DNA of 24,810 bases from Candidatus Fraserbacteria bacterium. GTDB lineage: Bacteria; Bipolaricaulota; Bipolaricaulia; RBG-16-55-9; JANLFV01. A program made the position numbers and the translations under genes. Each line of letters starts with the position of its first letter. Position 1 is the stretch's first letter. The stretch spans positions 1-24,810 of the forward strand of contig JBBIJD010000019.1 of assembly GCA_037446135.1 (NCBI GenBank), given 5' to 3'. The notes below the pieces were generated by a model that was given only the letters and a program-made list of their open reading frames with translations, had not been told where the DNA came from and ran no database searches. Below, in pieces: positions 7,490 through 14,913 of the stretch.

Positions 7490-9376
7490 ATGAGCTTCTT
7501 GACCCCTTGGGCCTTATACCTTTTCGTGCTCGCCGGGGGAGTCATCCTCCTCTACTTCCTCCGCCGCCGAGCCCAGCCCTATCGCGTCTCGGCCATCTTC
7601 CTCTGGGAGGAGCTGGAGCGGCAAGAGCAGCGGGCCTGGCGCTTTGCCTTTCATCACTCCCTCTGGCTCCTCCTGCTCCAGCTTTTGGCATTGGCCTCTT
7701 TGGTCCTGGCCCTCGCCGGCCCGGCTTACTACACTGCTGGGATCCCAGGCCGGCTGGCCCTCATCCTCGACGGGAGCGCGAGCATGCAGATGGCCGAGGG
7801 AGGGAAGAGCCACTACGAGCTGGCGCAAGAACGGGCGAGCGAGCTGCTCGAACGCGCGAGCGGTGAGGTGACGGTGATCCAAGCCCAGCGCCATCCGCGC
7901 TTGCTGGTCCCGCTCACCGGCGACAAAAGGGCGGCGATCGCGGCCGTCCGGGCCTCTCGACCGACCCTGGAGGGGGAGGCCGAGCTGGGAGAGTTCTTCT
8001 CCCTCTTGGGGAGCCAGGCCCCTCTCTCCCAATTCCAGAGGATCGTCTACCTCACCGATCACCCGCTTTCCGGCCTCCCGGAGGGGCTCCCGCTTGAGAC
8101 GATCATCGTCAGCGGAGAGGCGCGCCTTCCGGCTCGGAACCTGGGGCTTTTGGCCTTCTCCCTCCGCCCGGAGCCAGAGCCGGACCCGGCCGGGGGGTAT
8201 GGGGCCTTCATTCGGGTGAAGAATTACTCCGCTCAAGAGGAGCATGCCACCCTTACAATCACCGCCGATGGGGAGACGATCCTCTCCCTGGGGCTCGAGC
8301 TTGGAGCGGGGGAGGAGCGGGCCTTGGCCTTCTCTTTCGCCCGGCCGCTCCCGGGCTACGCGCTCGCGGCGCTCGAACTCGAGGTCCCGGACGGCTTCCC
8401 CTGGGACGACCGGCGATACTTCGCCAGTCCAGTCCGGGAAGGGCGAGTGCTCTGGCTCGGAGAGGAGGACCGCTTCCTCCGGGGGGCCCTCCTCGCCCTC
8501 GGGGCCTTCTCCATCACCCATGACCCGGGGGAAGGAAGCTTTGACCTGATCGTCGCTAACGGTGTGGAGGTCCCACCCGAGCTGGAGGGGAACCTCCTCC
8601 TGGTCAATGCCGCCTTCCCACCGCTCATCAGGCTCCTCGGGGAGGAAGAGCTCGCCTCCCCGAGCTCGATCGAAGCGGTGGACCATCCCCTCCTCGCGGG
8701 AGTTGAGGTGGCTAACCTCTTTATCGCCCGGGCCGCGCGCGCGGCCCTCCCGCCAGGGGGCCAGACCCTCCTCCGTGCCGGTGAGCTCCCCCTGCTCTAC
8801 CTCAAGCGAGAGGGAGCGAGGAAGATCTGCTACCTCGGGTTCGATCTCCGTTGGTCCAACCTCGGCTTGACGGTCGACTTCCCGATCCTGATGAGGAACC
8901 TCCTCTCTTGGCTCCTCGAGCTCCCCGCGCCGCTGGAGACGGAGCTCGAGGTCGGGGCCAGACTCCCTCTCCGGGAAGGGATGAGGGCCATTGACCCCCG
9001 GGGAAGGAGCTATGAGCTCAGCCCGGATCGGCCCGATTCGCCGGTGAGGGCCGATCTCCCCGGCCTCTACCGCCTGGAGAGGGGAAGGCCAGGGGACTAT
9101 GACGATGAGGCTGAGGCCCGCCTTCTAGCGGTCAACCTCGCCCCGAGTGAGAGTGAGGAGGCAGGGCTAGGCCTAGGCGAGGGATTCGGGCCAGCGACGA
9201 CTGAGGCCAGAGCCGAGGGCCAGAGCCCGCGAGCCGAAGAAGAGAGCTGGGCCCGCCCGTGGCGCGCCACGCTTTGGGCGAGCTTCGCCCTCGGCGGGCT
9301 GCTCTTCTTGCTCCTGGAAGCCCTGAGCTATGAGGGACTGATCCGGCCTCCGAGTCCGAGCCGGAAGCGGAGGTGA
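7490..9376 (+). CDS. BatA-N/vWA domain membrane protein
   Basis: BatA-type N-terminus MSFLTPWALYLFVLAGGVILLYFLRRR...LLLLLQLLALASLVLALAGP; MIDAS LILDGSASM; YLTD; Ig-like region (DGFPWDDRRYF); SNLGLTVDFPILMRNLLSWL; C-terminal TM. Confidence 0.88.
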   Translation: MSFLTPWALYLFVLAGGVILLYFLRRRAQPYRVSAIFLWEELERQEQRAWRFAFHHSLWLLLLQLLALASLVLALAGPAYYTAGIPGRLALILDGSASMQMAEGGKSHYELAQERASELLERASGEVTVIQAQRHPRLLVPLTGDKRAAIAAVRASRPTLEGEAELGEFFSLLGSQAPLSQFQRIVYLTDHPLSGLPEGLPLETIIVSGEARLPARNLGLLAFSLRPEPEPDPAGGYGAFIRVKNYSAQEEHATLTITADGETILSLGLELGAGEERALAFSFARPLPGYALAALELEVPDGFPWDDRRYFASPVREGRVLWLGEEDRFLRGALLALGAFSITHDPGEGSFDLIVANGVEVPPELEGNLLLVNAAFPPLIRLLGEEELASPSSIEAVDHPLLAGVEVANLFIARAARAALPPGGQTLLRAGELPLLYLKREGARKICYLGFDLRWSNLGLTVDFPILMRNLLSWLLELPAPLETELEVGARLPLREGMRAIDPRGRSYELSPDRPDSPVRADLPGLYRLERGRPGDYDDEAEARLLAVNLAPSESEEAGLGLGEGFGPATTEARAEGQSPRAEEESWARPWRATLWASFALGGLLFLLLEALSYEGLIRPPSPSRKRR

Positions 9377-9382
9377 TATGCT

Positions 9383-11926
9383 ATGATCCAGTTCGCTCGA
9401 CCGCTCGCCCTCCTCGGGCTCATCGGGCTGGCCCTGCTCTTCCTCTTCTTCTTTCGGCTCCGGCTCGGGCTCGCCGGGCAAAGCCCGGGGCGGGGCCAGC
9501 GTGGTGCGCCACGCTGGCCTCCCTTCCTCCGCGGAGTCGCGCTCGCTCTAGTCGTGCTCGCACTGGCCGAGCCGAGGCTCGGGCTCCGAGTCCGCGAGGG
9601 CTACATCTACTTCGCCCTCGACCTCTCGGGGAGCATCTCCCGATCGAGAGAGGAGCTATTGGAGTCGGTGGGCTCGCTCATGATCCGGCGCGAGGGGATA
9701 AACTACGGACTGATCCTCTTCGGCGCGGAGGCGGCGGTCGACCAGGGCTTTCGGCCCGAGCTCGAACTTGATCCCGAGGAGGTTTCGACCGTGGTCCCGC
9801 GGGAGGGGACAGACCTCGCGGCCGCGCTCGAGCTAGCCCTGAATAGCTTCCCAAGGGAAGGGGAGAGGGCGATCGTCCTCCTCACCGATGGGCTCGCCAC
9901 ACAAGGTCAAGGTGAGCTCCTCCCGATCCTCGCAAGGGCCGCAAGAGAGGGGGTCCAGATCGCGGTCCTCCCCATCAGGCCCGAAAGCGGTGAGGTCTGG
10001 CTGGGAGAGCTCTCCCTCCCGGAGGAGGTCCCGCCGGAGACGGAGTTCCCCCTCAGGCTCAAGCTCGGGGCCCTCCAGGCCACCTCTGCCCGGCTCCTCA
10101 TCTACCGAGACGGCCTCCTCATCGAAGCGAGGGAACTAGGACTCTCTCAGGGGGTGAACGAGCTCGTCTTGGCCGACCGGCTCGCTGAGGCGGGTCTCCA
10201 TCGCTATCGGGCCTACCTCCTCGCTGAAGGGGATGCGATCCCCGAAAACAACGCCGCGGAGGCCATCACCCTCGTCCGCGGCGGGCCACAGGTCCTCTGG
10301 CTCGCGGAGGATGAAGGGGGAAGCGCGGTCGGCAGCCTCCTCCAAGCTGCGGGATATGCTTATCTTTCCAGCTCCCCGGCCCGCTTCTCCTGGAGCCCCG
10401 CGGACCTTGGGGCCTTTCGCTTGGTGGTCCTAGATAACCTCGAGCTGGCCCGGCTGGATGAACGGGCCATCGCGGCCCTCGAGCGGTATGTCGAGAGCGG
10501 AGGTGGCTTGCTCCTCATCCAGGGCCAAAGGGCCGTTGAGGGGCTCCGGAAAGGCGATCTGGAGAGGCTCCTCCCCGTCTCCTATGAGGGGCGCGAGCCG
10601 AGCCAGGCCCCTTCCCTCGCGGTCGTATTCGTCCTCGACCGCTCCTCGAGCATGATCGGGAAGAAGATCCAGGCCCTGAAGGAGGCGGCCGGAGCGAGCG
10701 TGGAGCTCCTGGAGCGGCGAGACTTAGTCGGGCTCCTCGCCTTCGATACGATGTTCCACTGGCTCATCCCCATCCAGCCGGCCGAGGATAAGGAGCCGAT
10801 GTATCGCCAGATCGGGGCCCTCCAGGCCGATGGGGGGACCGACCTCCTCCCGGCGCTCGAGGAGGCCTTCCAAAAGCTCGATCAGGTCGAGGCGAAGCTG
10901 AAGCATATCCTGGTCTTCTCTGATGGGAAGGCCCTCCTCCACGAGCTGGAGTTCCCAAAGCTCTTGGAGCGGATCAAGGAGGCCAAGATCACCGTCTCAG
11001 CTATCGCCATCGGCGAGGACGCCGATGTGGCTTTCCTGAGGGGACTGACCGAGAAGACCGGTGGCAAGCTCTATCAGGTGAAGGACCCCAAGGATCTCCC
11101 GCGGGTGACCCTCAAGGAGGTGGAGCGGGTGACCCGCCAGAGGTGGCTCACTGGCGAGATCGAGGCGGTCCCCGGGCCGTATGCCCATCTCCTGGAGGGA
11201 GTCGAGGAACTCCCCCCATTAGGCGGCTATGTCGTCACTTACCCGAAGGAGGCGAGCGAGGTAGCCCTCCTCGCGGGGGCTGGGGACCCTCTGGTGAGCT
11301 TCTGGCGGTTCGGACTGGGAAGGGTAGGGGTGCTCAACACCGACCTAGAGGGGCGATGGTCCGCCTCATGGCTGGGGTGGGAGGGGATCGCCCGCCTCTT
11401 CGCTTCCATCTCCCGTGAGAGCTCTGGCCTCCCCATTCGAGAGGGGATCTCACTCAAGGCCACATCCTCCGGCTCGGGGCTCAATCTGACCGCGGAGATC
11501 AGCTCCGGCGGGCGGTGGGCCGACCTCCTCGAGGTCCGGGGCCGGCTCACAAGTGAGGAGGCAAGAGAGGAATTCGAGCTCGAACAGGTCGGGCCCGGGC
11601 TCTACCGGGCTGAACTCCCCACCCTTAAGCCAGGATCATACCTGCTCAGCTTGAGCGCGGAGAGCGCGAACCGCGAAGTCGCGGCCATGACCAAGATGGA
11701 GCCGCTCACTCTCCCCTACCCTGAGGAGTATCGTCGGATCGGGGTCGATGAGCTCCTCCTCGAGGAGATCGTGGCCACGACCGGGGGGACCTTCCTGGAA
11801 GATAAGCTCCCCGAGGAGTTCCTCCGTGGGAGGCCGGCCTACAAGTATAAAGACCTTTGGGCCCTTCTGCTCCTTTTGGCCCTCTGCTCCTTCCTCGCTG
11901 AGCTGGCCTTGAGGAAGTTCACTTAG
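9383..11926 (+). CDS. Tandem vWA / Ig-like / glutamine-amidotransferase-like membrane protein
   Basis: SD GGAGGTG; N-terminal TM pair; vWA1 (FALDLSGSI, GTDL, LLTDG); Ig-like domain ending DAIPENN; GATase-like LVVLDN...LERYVESGGGLLLIQG; vWA2 (FVLDRSSSM, GGTDL, FSDG); WRFGLGRV; C-terminal TM. Confidence 0.88.
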   Translation: MIQFARPLALLGLIGLALLFLFFFRLRLGLAGQSPGRGQRGAPRWPPFLRGVALALVVLALAEPRLGLRVREGYIYFALDLSGSISRSREELLESVGSLMIRREGINYGLILFGAEAAVDQGFRPELELDPEEVSTVVPREGTDLAAALELALNSFPREGERAIVLLTDGLATQGQGELLPILARAAREGVQIAVLPIRPESGEVWLGELSLPEEVPPETEFPLRLKLGALQATSARLLIYRDGLLIEARELGLSQGVNELVLADRLAEAGLHRYRAYLLAEGDAIPENNAAEAITLVRGGPQVLWLAEDEGGSAVGSLLQAAGYAYLSSSPARFSWSPADLGAFRLVVLDNLELARLDERAIAALERYVESGGGLLLIQGQRAVEGLRKGDLERLLPVSYEGREPSQAPSLAVVFVLDRSSSMIGKKIQALKEAAGASVELLERRDLVGLLAFDTMFHWLIPIQPAEDKEPMYRQIGALQADGGTDLLPALEEAFQKLDQVEAKLKHILVFSDGKALLHELEFPKLLERIKEAKITVSAIAIGEDADVAFLRGLTEKTGGKLYQVKDPKDLPRVTLKEVERVTRQRWLTGEIEAVPGPYAHLLEGVEELPPLGGYVVTYPKEASEVALLAGAGDPLVSFWRFGLGRVGVLNTDLEGRWSASWLGWEGIARLFASISRESSGLPIREGISLKATSSGSGLNLTAEISSGGRWADLLEVRGRLTSEEAREEFELEQVGPGLYRAELPTLKPGSYLLSLSAESANREVAAMTKMEPLTLPYPEEYRRIGVDELLLEEIVATTGGTFLEDKLPEEFLRGRPAYKYKDLWALLLLLALCSFLAELALRKFT

Positions 11927-13148
11927 TGACTGCCGCCACGCTGGCGATCCGGATCTCCTCCTCGATCACCTCAGCTAGGCGCTTGATCCCCTCCCAGATC
12001 AGCTCCGGGCTCGGCTCGGAGAAGGCGAGCCGCATCGTGTTCTGCCCGCTCCCATCGACGAAGAAGGCCGAGCCCACGACATAGGCCACATTCCGCTCGA
12101 CCGCCCGGGGGAACATCTCTCGAGTATCGACGAACTCCGGGAGAGTGAGCCAGACGAAGAGCCCGCCCTGGGGCTTGGTCCAGTGGATCCCCGGATGCTT
12201 CGGCATGTATGCCTCGAGGGCCGCGAGCATCGTGTCCCGCTTCTCCCGGTAGATCCCCTGGATCTCCTTGATGTGGGCCTCGAAGTCGTAGTGGGTCATA
12301 TACTCGTAGGCCAGCCGCTGCGTGAAGGAGGAGGTGCACAGGTCGGCCGGCTGCTTGAGCTTGACGATCTGCTCGGTGATCTTGGGAGAGGCGACCAGGA
12401 TCGCCAGGCGGAGCCCGGGGCAGAGGGTCTTGGAGAAGGTCATGAGCAGGATCACCCTCCCAGTCCGGTCGAAGCTCTTGATCAGTGGGAGCGGCTCGCC
12501 CTCGAACCTCAGCCGGCCATAGGGGTCGTCCTCGATGATGATGAGGTCGTAGCGCTCGGCGAGCTTGAGGACCCTCCGGCGCTTGGCCAGGCTCATGGTG
12601 ATCCCCGTGGGGTTATGGAAGTCCGGGACGAGGTAGATCAGTTTTGGCCGCTTCCCCTGAGCGAGGGCCGCCTCGATCTCCCTCTCCAGGATCTCCAGAT
12701 CCATCCCGTCTTCCCGCTGGGGGATCCCGACCTTCTCCGCCTCGAATGAGGTGAAGGTCTGGATCGCCGCGAGGAAGGTCGGAAGGTCGCAGAAGACGAG
12801 ATCCCCGGGGTTGAGGAAGACCTTCCCGATCAGATCGAGCCCCTGCTGCGAGCCGCTGGTGACGGTCACCTCTTCCCGCTCCACCTCTAGGCCCTCATTC
12901 CTGAGCCAGGCGCAGACGGCCTCACGGAAGAGCCGGTCCCCCTCGGTCGCGCCATACTGCAGTGACCGCTCGTAGTCCTCGCGAAGGACCTTCTGTGCGA
13001 GCGCGGCCAGCTCCTCGTGAGGGAAGGTCGCCGGATCGGGGAATCCGCCGGCGAACGAGATTACCTCAGGCCGCTCCGCCAATTTCAATAGCTCGCGGAT
13101 CTCCGAGCGCTTGACGGCCTTGGCTCGCCTGGAGAAGAGTTCATCCAT
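11919..13148 (-). CDS. PLP-dependent aminotransferase class I/II (LysN/aromatic aminotransferase-like)
   Basis: SEIRELLK, ISFAGGFPDP, LQYGATEG, TSGSQQGLDL, PDFHNPTG, EDDPYG, PLP-lysine motif TFSKTLCPGLR, PQGGLFVW, MRLAFS. Start at ATG 13148, which follows AGGAGG (13160-13155). Confidence 0.93.
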   Translation of the reverse strand: MDELFSRRAKAVKRSEIRELLKLAERPEVISFAGGFPDPATFPHEELAALAQKVLREDYERSLQYGATEGDRLFREAVCAWLRNEGLEVEREEVTVTSGSQQGLDLIGKVFLNPGDLVFCDLPTFLAAIQTFTSFEAEKVGIPQREDGMDLEILEREIEAALAQGKRPKLIYLVPDFHNPTGITMSLAKRRRVLKLAERYDLIIIEDDPYGRLRFEGEPLPLIKSFDRTGRVILLMTFSKTLCPGLRLAILVASPKITEQIVKLKQPADLCTSSFTQRLAYEYMTHYDFEAHIKEIQGIYREKRDTMLAALEAYMPKHPGIHWTKPQGGLFVWLTLPEFVDTREMFPRAVERNVAYVVGSAFFVDGSGQNTMRLAFSEPSPELIWEGIKRLAEVIEEEIRIASVAAVTK

Positions 13149-13203
13149 TGCCGGCCTCCTCATGGTCTGAAGGGTAAGAGCCATCTCCTGTCTGTCTGGC
13201 CCG

Positions 13204-13232
13204 ACTATACTCGAATCGGCGGGCGTTGACAA
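13204..13232 (-). promoter_or_regulatory. sigma70 promoter for the aminotransferase
   Basis: Minus strand: TTGTCA (13232-13227), 17 bp, TATAGT (13209-13204). Confidence 0.7.
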
Positions 13233-13254
13233 CCCCAGCCCGAGCTGCTAGACT
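13226..13254 (+). promoter_or_regulatory. sigma70 promoter (extended -10) for lemA
   Basis: TTGACA (13226-13231), 17 bp, TAGACT (13249-13254) preceded by TG-n; SD AAGGAGG at 13261-13267. Confidence 0.75.
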
Positions 13255-13272
13255 CCCCTCAAGGAGGCCGAA

Positions 13273-13836
13273 TTGAGAAAAGCTCTGATCTTTGGCGGGT
13301 TGATCGTCGTGCTCATCTTGGTCGGCTACTTCCTGACCGCGGGGGCCTATAACCGCTTTGTGACGATGCGAGAGGAGATAAAGAATAGCCAAGCGGAGAT
13401 CGCCAACCAGCTCCAGCGGCGGTTCGAGCTGATCCCCAATCTGGTAGAGACGGTCAAGGGCTTCGCGGCCCAGGAGCGGACGATCATCGAGGAGATCACC
13501 GCTGCCCGGACCAGGTATGGCGGGGCGGGCGACCTCGCAGGGAAGCTCGAAGCGGATGCGGCCCTGAGCGGGGCCCTCTCCAGGCTGCTCGCGATCGTGG
13601 AGAACTACCCCGATCTGAAGTCGAACCAGACCTTCATCCGACTGATGGACGAGCTGGCCGGGACGGAGAACCGGATCGCGGTGGCCAGGAAGCGCTACAA
13701 CGATTCTGTCAGGGACTATAACGCCGCGATCCGGCGGTTCCCGGGGAATCTGATCGCGAGGCAGTTCGGGTTCGAGGCCGCGGCCTATCTCGAGGCCCCC
13801 ACAGGCTCGGAGCAGCCCCCGGAGGTGAAGTTCTAG
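13273..13836 (+). CDS. lemA: LemA family protein
   Basis: TTG start 5 nt after AAGGAGG; N-terminal TM then YN; QLQRRFELIPNLVETVKG; ENYPDLKSN; ELAGTENRIAVARKRYN; FPGNLIA; PEVKF C-terminus. Confidence 0.96.
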   Translation: MRKALIFGGLIVVLILVGYFLTAGAYNRFVTMREEIKNSQAEIANQLQRRFELIPNLVETVKGFAAQERTIIEEITAARTRYGGAGDLAGKLEADAALSGALSRLLAIVENYPDLKSNQTFIRLMDELAGTENRIAVARKRYNDSVRDYNAAIRRFPGNLIARQFGFEAAAYLEAPTGSEQPPEVKF

Positions 13837-13837
13837 C

Positions 13838-14299
13838 CTAGCCCGAGTGGAACTCCTTCATGGCCCGGCGCAGCTCGCGCTCCTGCTCCTCCCTCTTGAT
13901 CTTCTCCCGCTTATCGTATTTGGCCCGGCCTTTAGCTAAAGCTAGCTCGACCTTGGCCAAGCCCTCCTTGAAGTAGACCCGGAGCGGGATCAGGGTATAA
14001 CCCCGCTCGTTCACTTTAGTGGCGAGCCGGACGATCTCCTGCTTGTGTAGGAGCAATTTCCGCGGCCGCTCTGGATCGGGGTTCCATCGCCCGCCCTCCT
14101 CATAAGGGGCGATGTAGACATTGTATAAGAAGACCTCGCCGTCCTTGACCTGGGCGAAGCCGTCCCCAAGGGAGCAACTCCCCCGCCGGAGGCTCTTCAC
14201 CTCTGAGCCTTTGAGGACCAGTCCGGCCTCGTAGGTCTCGGCGATCTCGTAGTCATGCCGCGCCTTCCGGTTGGTCGCTACCACCTTGATCTCGGCCAT
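13838..14299 (-). CDS. smpB: SsrA-binding protein SmpB
   Basis: [53 protein letters not shown]. Start at ATG 14299 (MAEIKVVA); the track's upstream extension overlaps yjjX. Confidence 0.97.
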   Translation of the reverse strand: MAEIKVVATNRKARHDYEIAETYEAGLVLKGSEVKSLRRGSCSLGDGFAQVKDGEVFLYNVYIAPYEEGGRWNPDPERPRKLLLHKQEIVRLATKVNERGYTLIPLRVYFKEGLAKVELALAKGRAKYDKREKIKREEQERELRRAMKEFHSG

Positions 14300-14321
14300 C
14301 GATTGATCCCCACCGGGCTTG

Positions 14322-14350
14322 AGTCTACTCCACCGGCTTGCGCTGGGCAA
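14322..14350 (-). promoter_or_regulatory. Putative sigma70 promoter for smpB
   Basis: Minus strand: TTGCCC (14350-14345), 17 bp, TAGACT (14327-14322). Confidence 0.55.
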
Positions 14351-14367
14351 TCTAGATCGGCTAAACT
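14338..14367 (+). promoter_or_regulatory. Putative sigma70 promoter for yjjX
   Basis: TTGCGC (14338-14343), 18 bp, TAAACT (14362-14367), with a 14-nt gap to ATG 14382. Confidence 0.45.
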
Positions 14368-14381
14368 CTGACCTCAAGAAG

Positions 14382-14912
14382 ATGGCCCTGAAGGTCCATG
14401 TCGGGAGCCAGAACCCACTGAAGGCTAAGGCGGTGAGACGGGTCTTCTCCCGGCTCCTCGACCCGGTCGAGCTCGAGGTCTCGCTCGTCAAGGTCGAGCC
14501 CGGGGTCCCCAAGGAGCCTTTCGGGGAGGAGATCCCCCTCGGGGCGGTCCGCCGGGCGAAGGAGGCCCTCAAGGGAGCCGATTTTGGGGTGGGGATCGAG
14601 GCCGGGCTGGTCTGGAACGAAGCGCTGCAAGTCTATTTCGATGTCCAATTCTGCGCGATCCTCGACCAGAAGGGGCGGCTGACCTTCGGCCACGGCTCGG
14701 GGTTCGTCTACCCTCCGAAGGTGATCGAGGAGGTTAAGCGGGGCCGGGCCGTGGGAGAGGTGATGAGCGAGCTCACCGGGATCCCCGAGATCGGGCGGAA
14801 AGCGGGCTCGGTCGGCTACCTCTCTAAGGGGGCCCTCACCCGGACAGAATTGACAGAGCAGGCGGTCCTGGCCGCCATGATCCCTCGGATCAGGCCGGAG
14901 CTCTATCTATAG
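14382..14912 (+). CDS. yjjX: Inosine/xanthosine triphosphatase (non-canonical purine NTPase, YjjX/DUF84 family)
   Basis: [63 protein letters not shown]. Start at ATG 14382. Confidence 0.92.
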   Translation: MALKVHVGSQNPLKAKAVRRVFSRLLDPVELEVSLVKVEPGVPKEPFGEEIPLGAVRRAKEALKGADFGVGIEAGLVWNEALQVYFDVQFCAILDQKGRLTFGHGSGFVYPPKVIEEVKRGRAVGEVMSELTGIPEIGRKAGSVGYLSKGALTRTELTEQAVLAAMIPRIRPELYL

Positions 14913-14913
14913 T

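Noticed and set aside
1856..8686. Long antisense or alternative-frame ORFs (e.g. 1856-2587, 5066-5620, 6197-6718, 7514-8686)
   Set aside because: Shadow ORFs expected in high-GC DNA. They fully overlap well-supported genes and have no family motifs.
9373..9771. Alternative ORF starting with a GTGA overlap at the end of the BatA/vWA gene
   Set aside because: An Arg/Pro/Ala-rich off-frame translation. The 9383 frame has the SD, TM helices and vWA motifs.
13838..14381. tmRNA (ssrA) or tRNA next to smpB
   Set aside because: There is no intergenic space and no tRNA-like GGGG...CCA or T-loop signature in the window's spacers.
14300..14572. 91-aa N-terminal extension of SmpB in the ORF track
   Set aside because: It overlaps yjjX on the opposite strand and both promoters. 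SmpB homology starts at ATG 14299.
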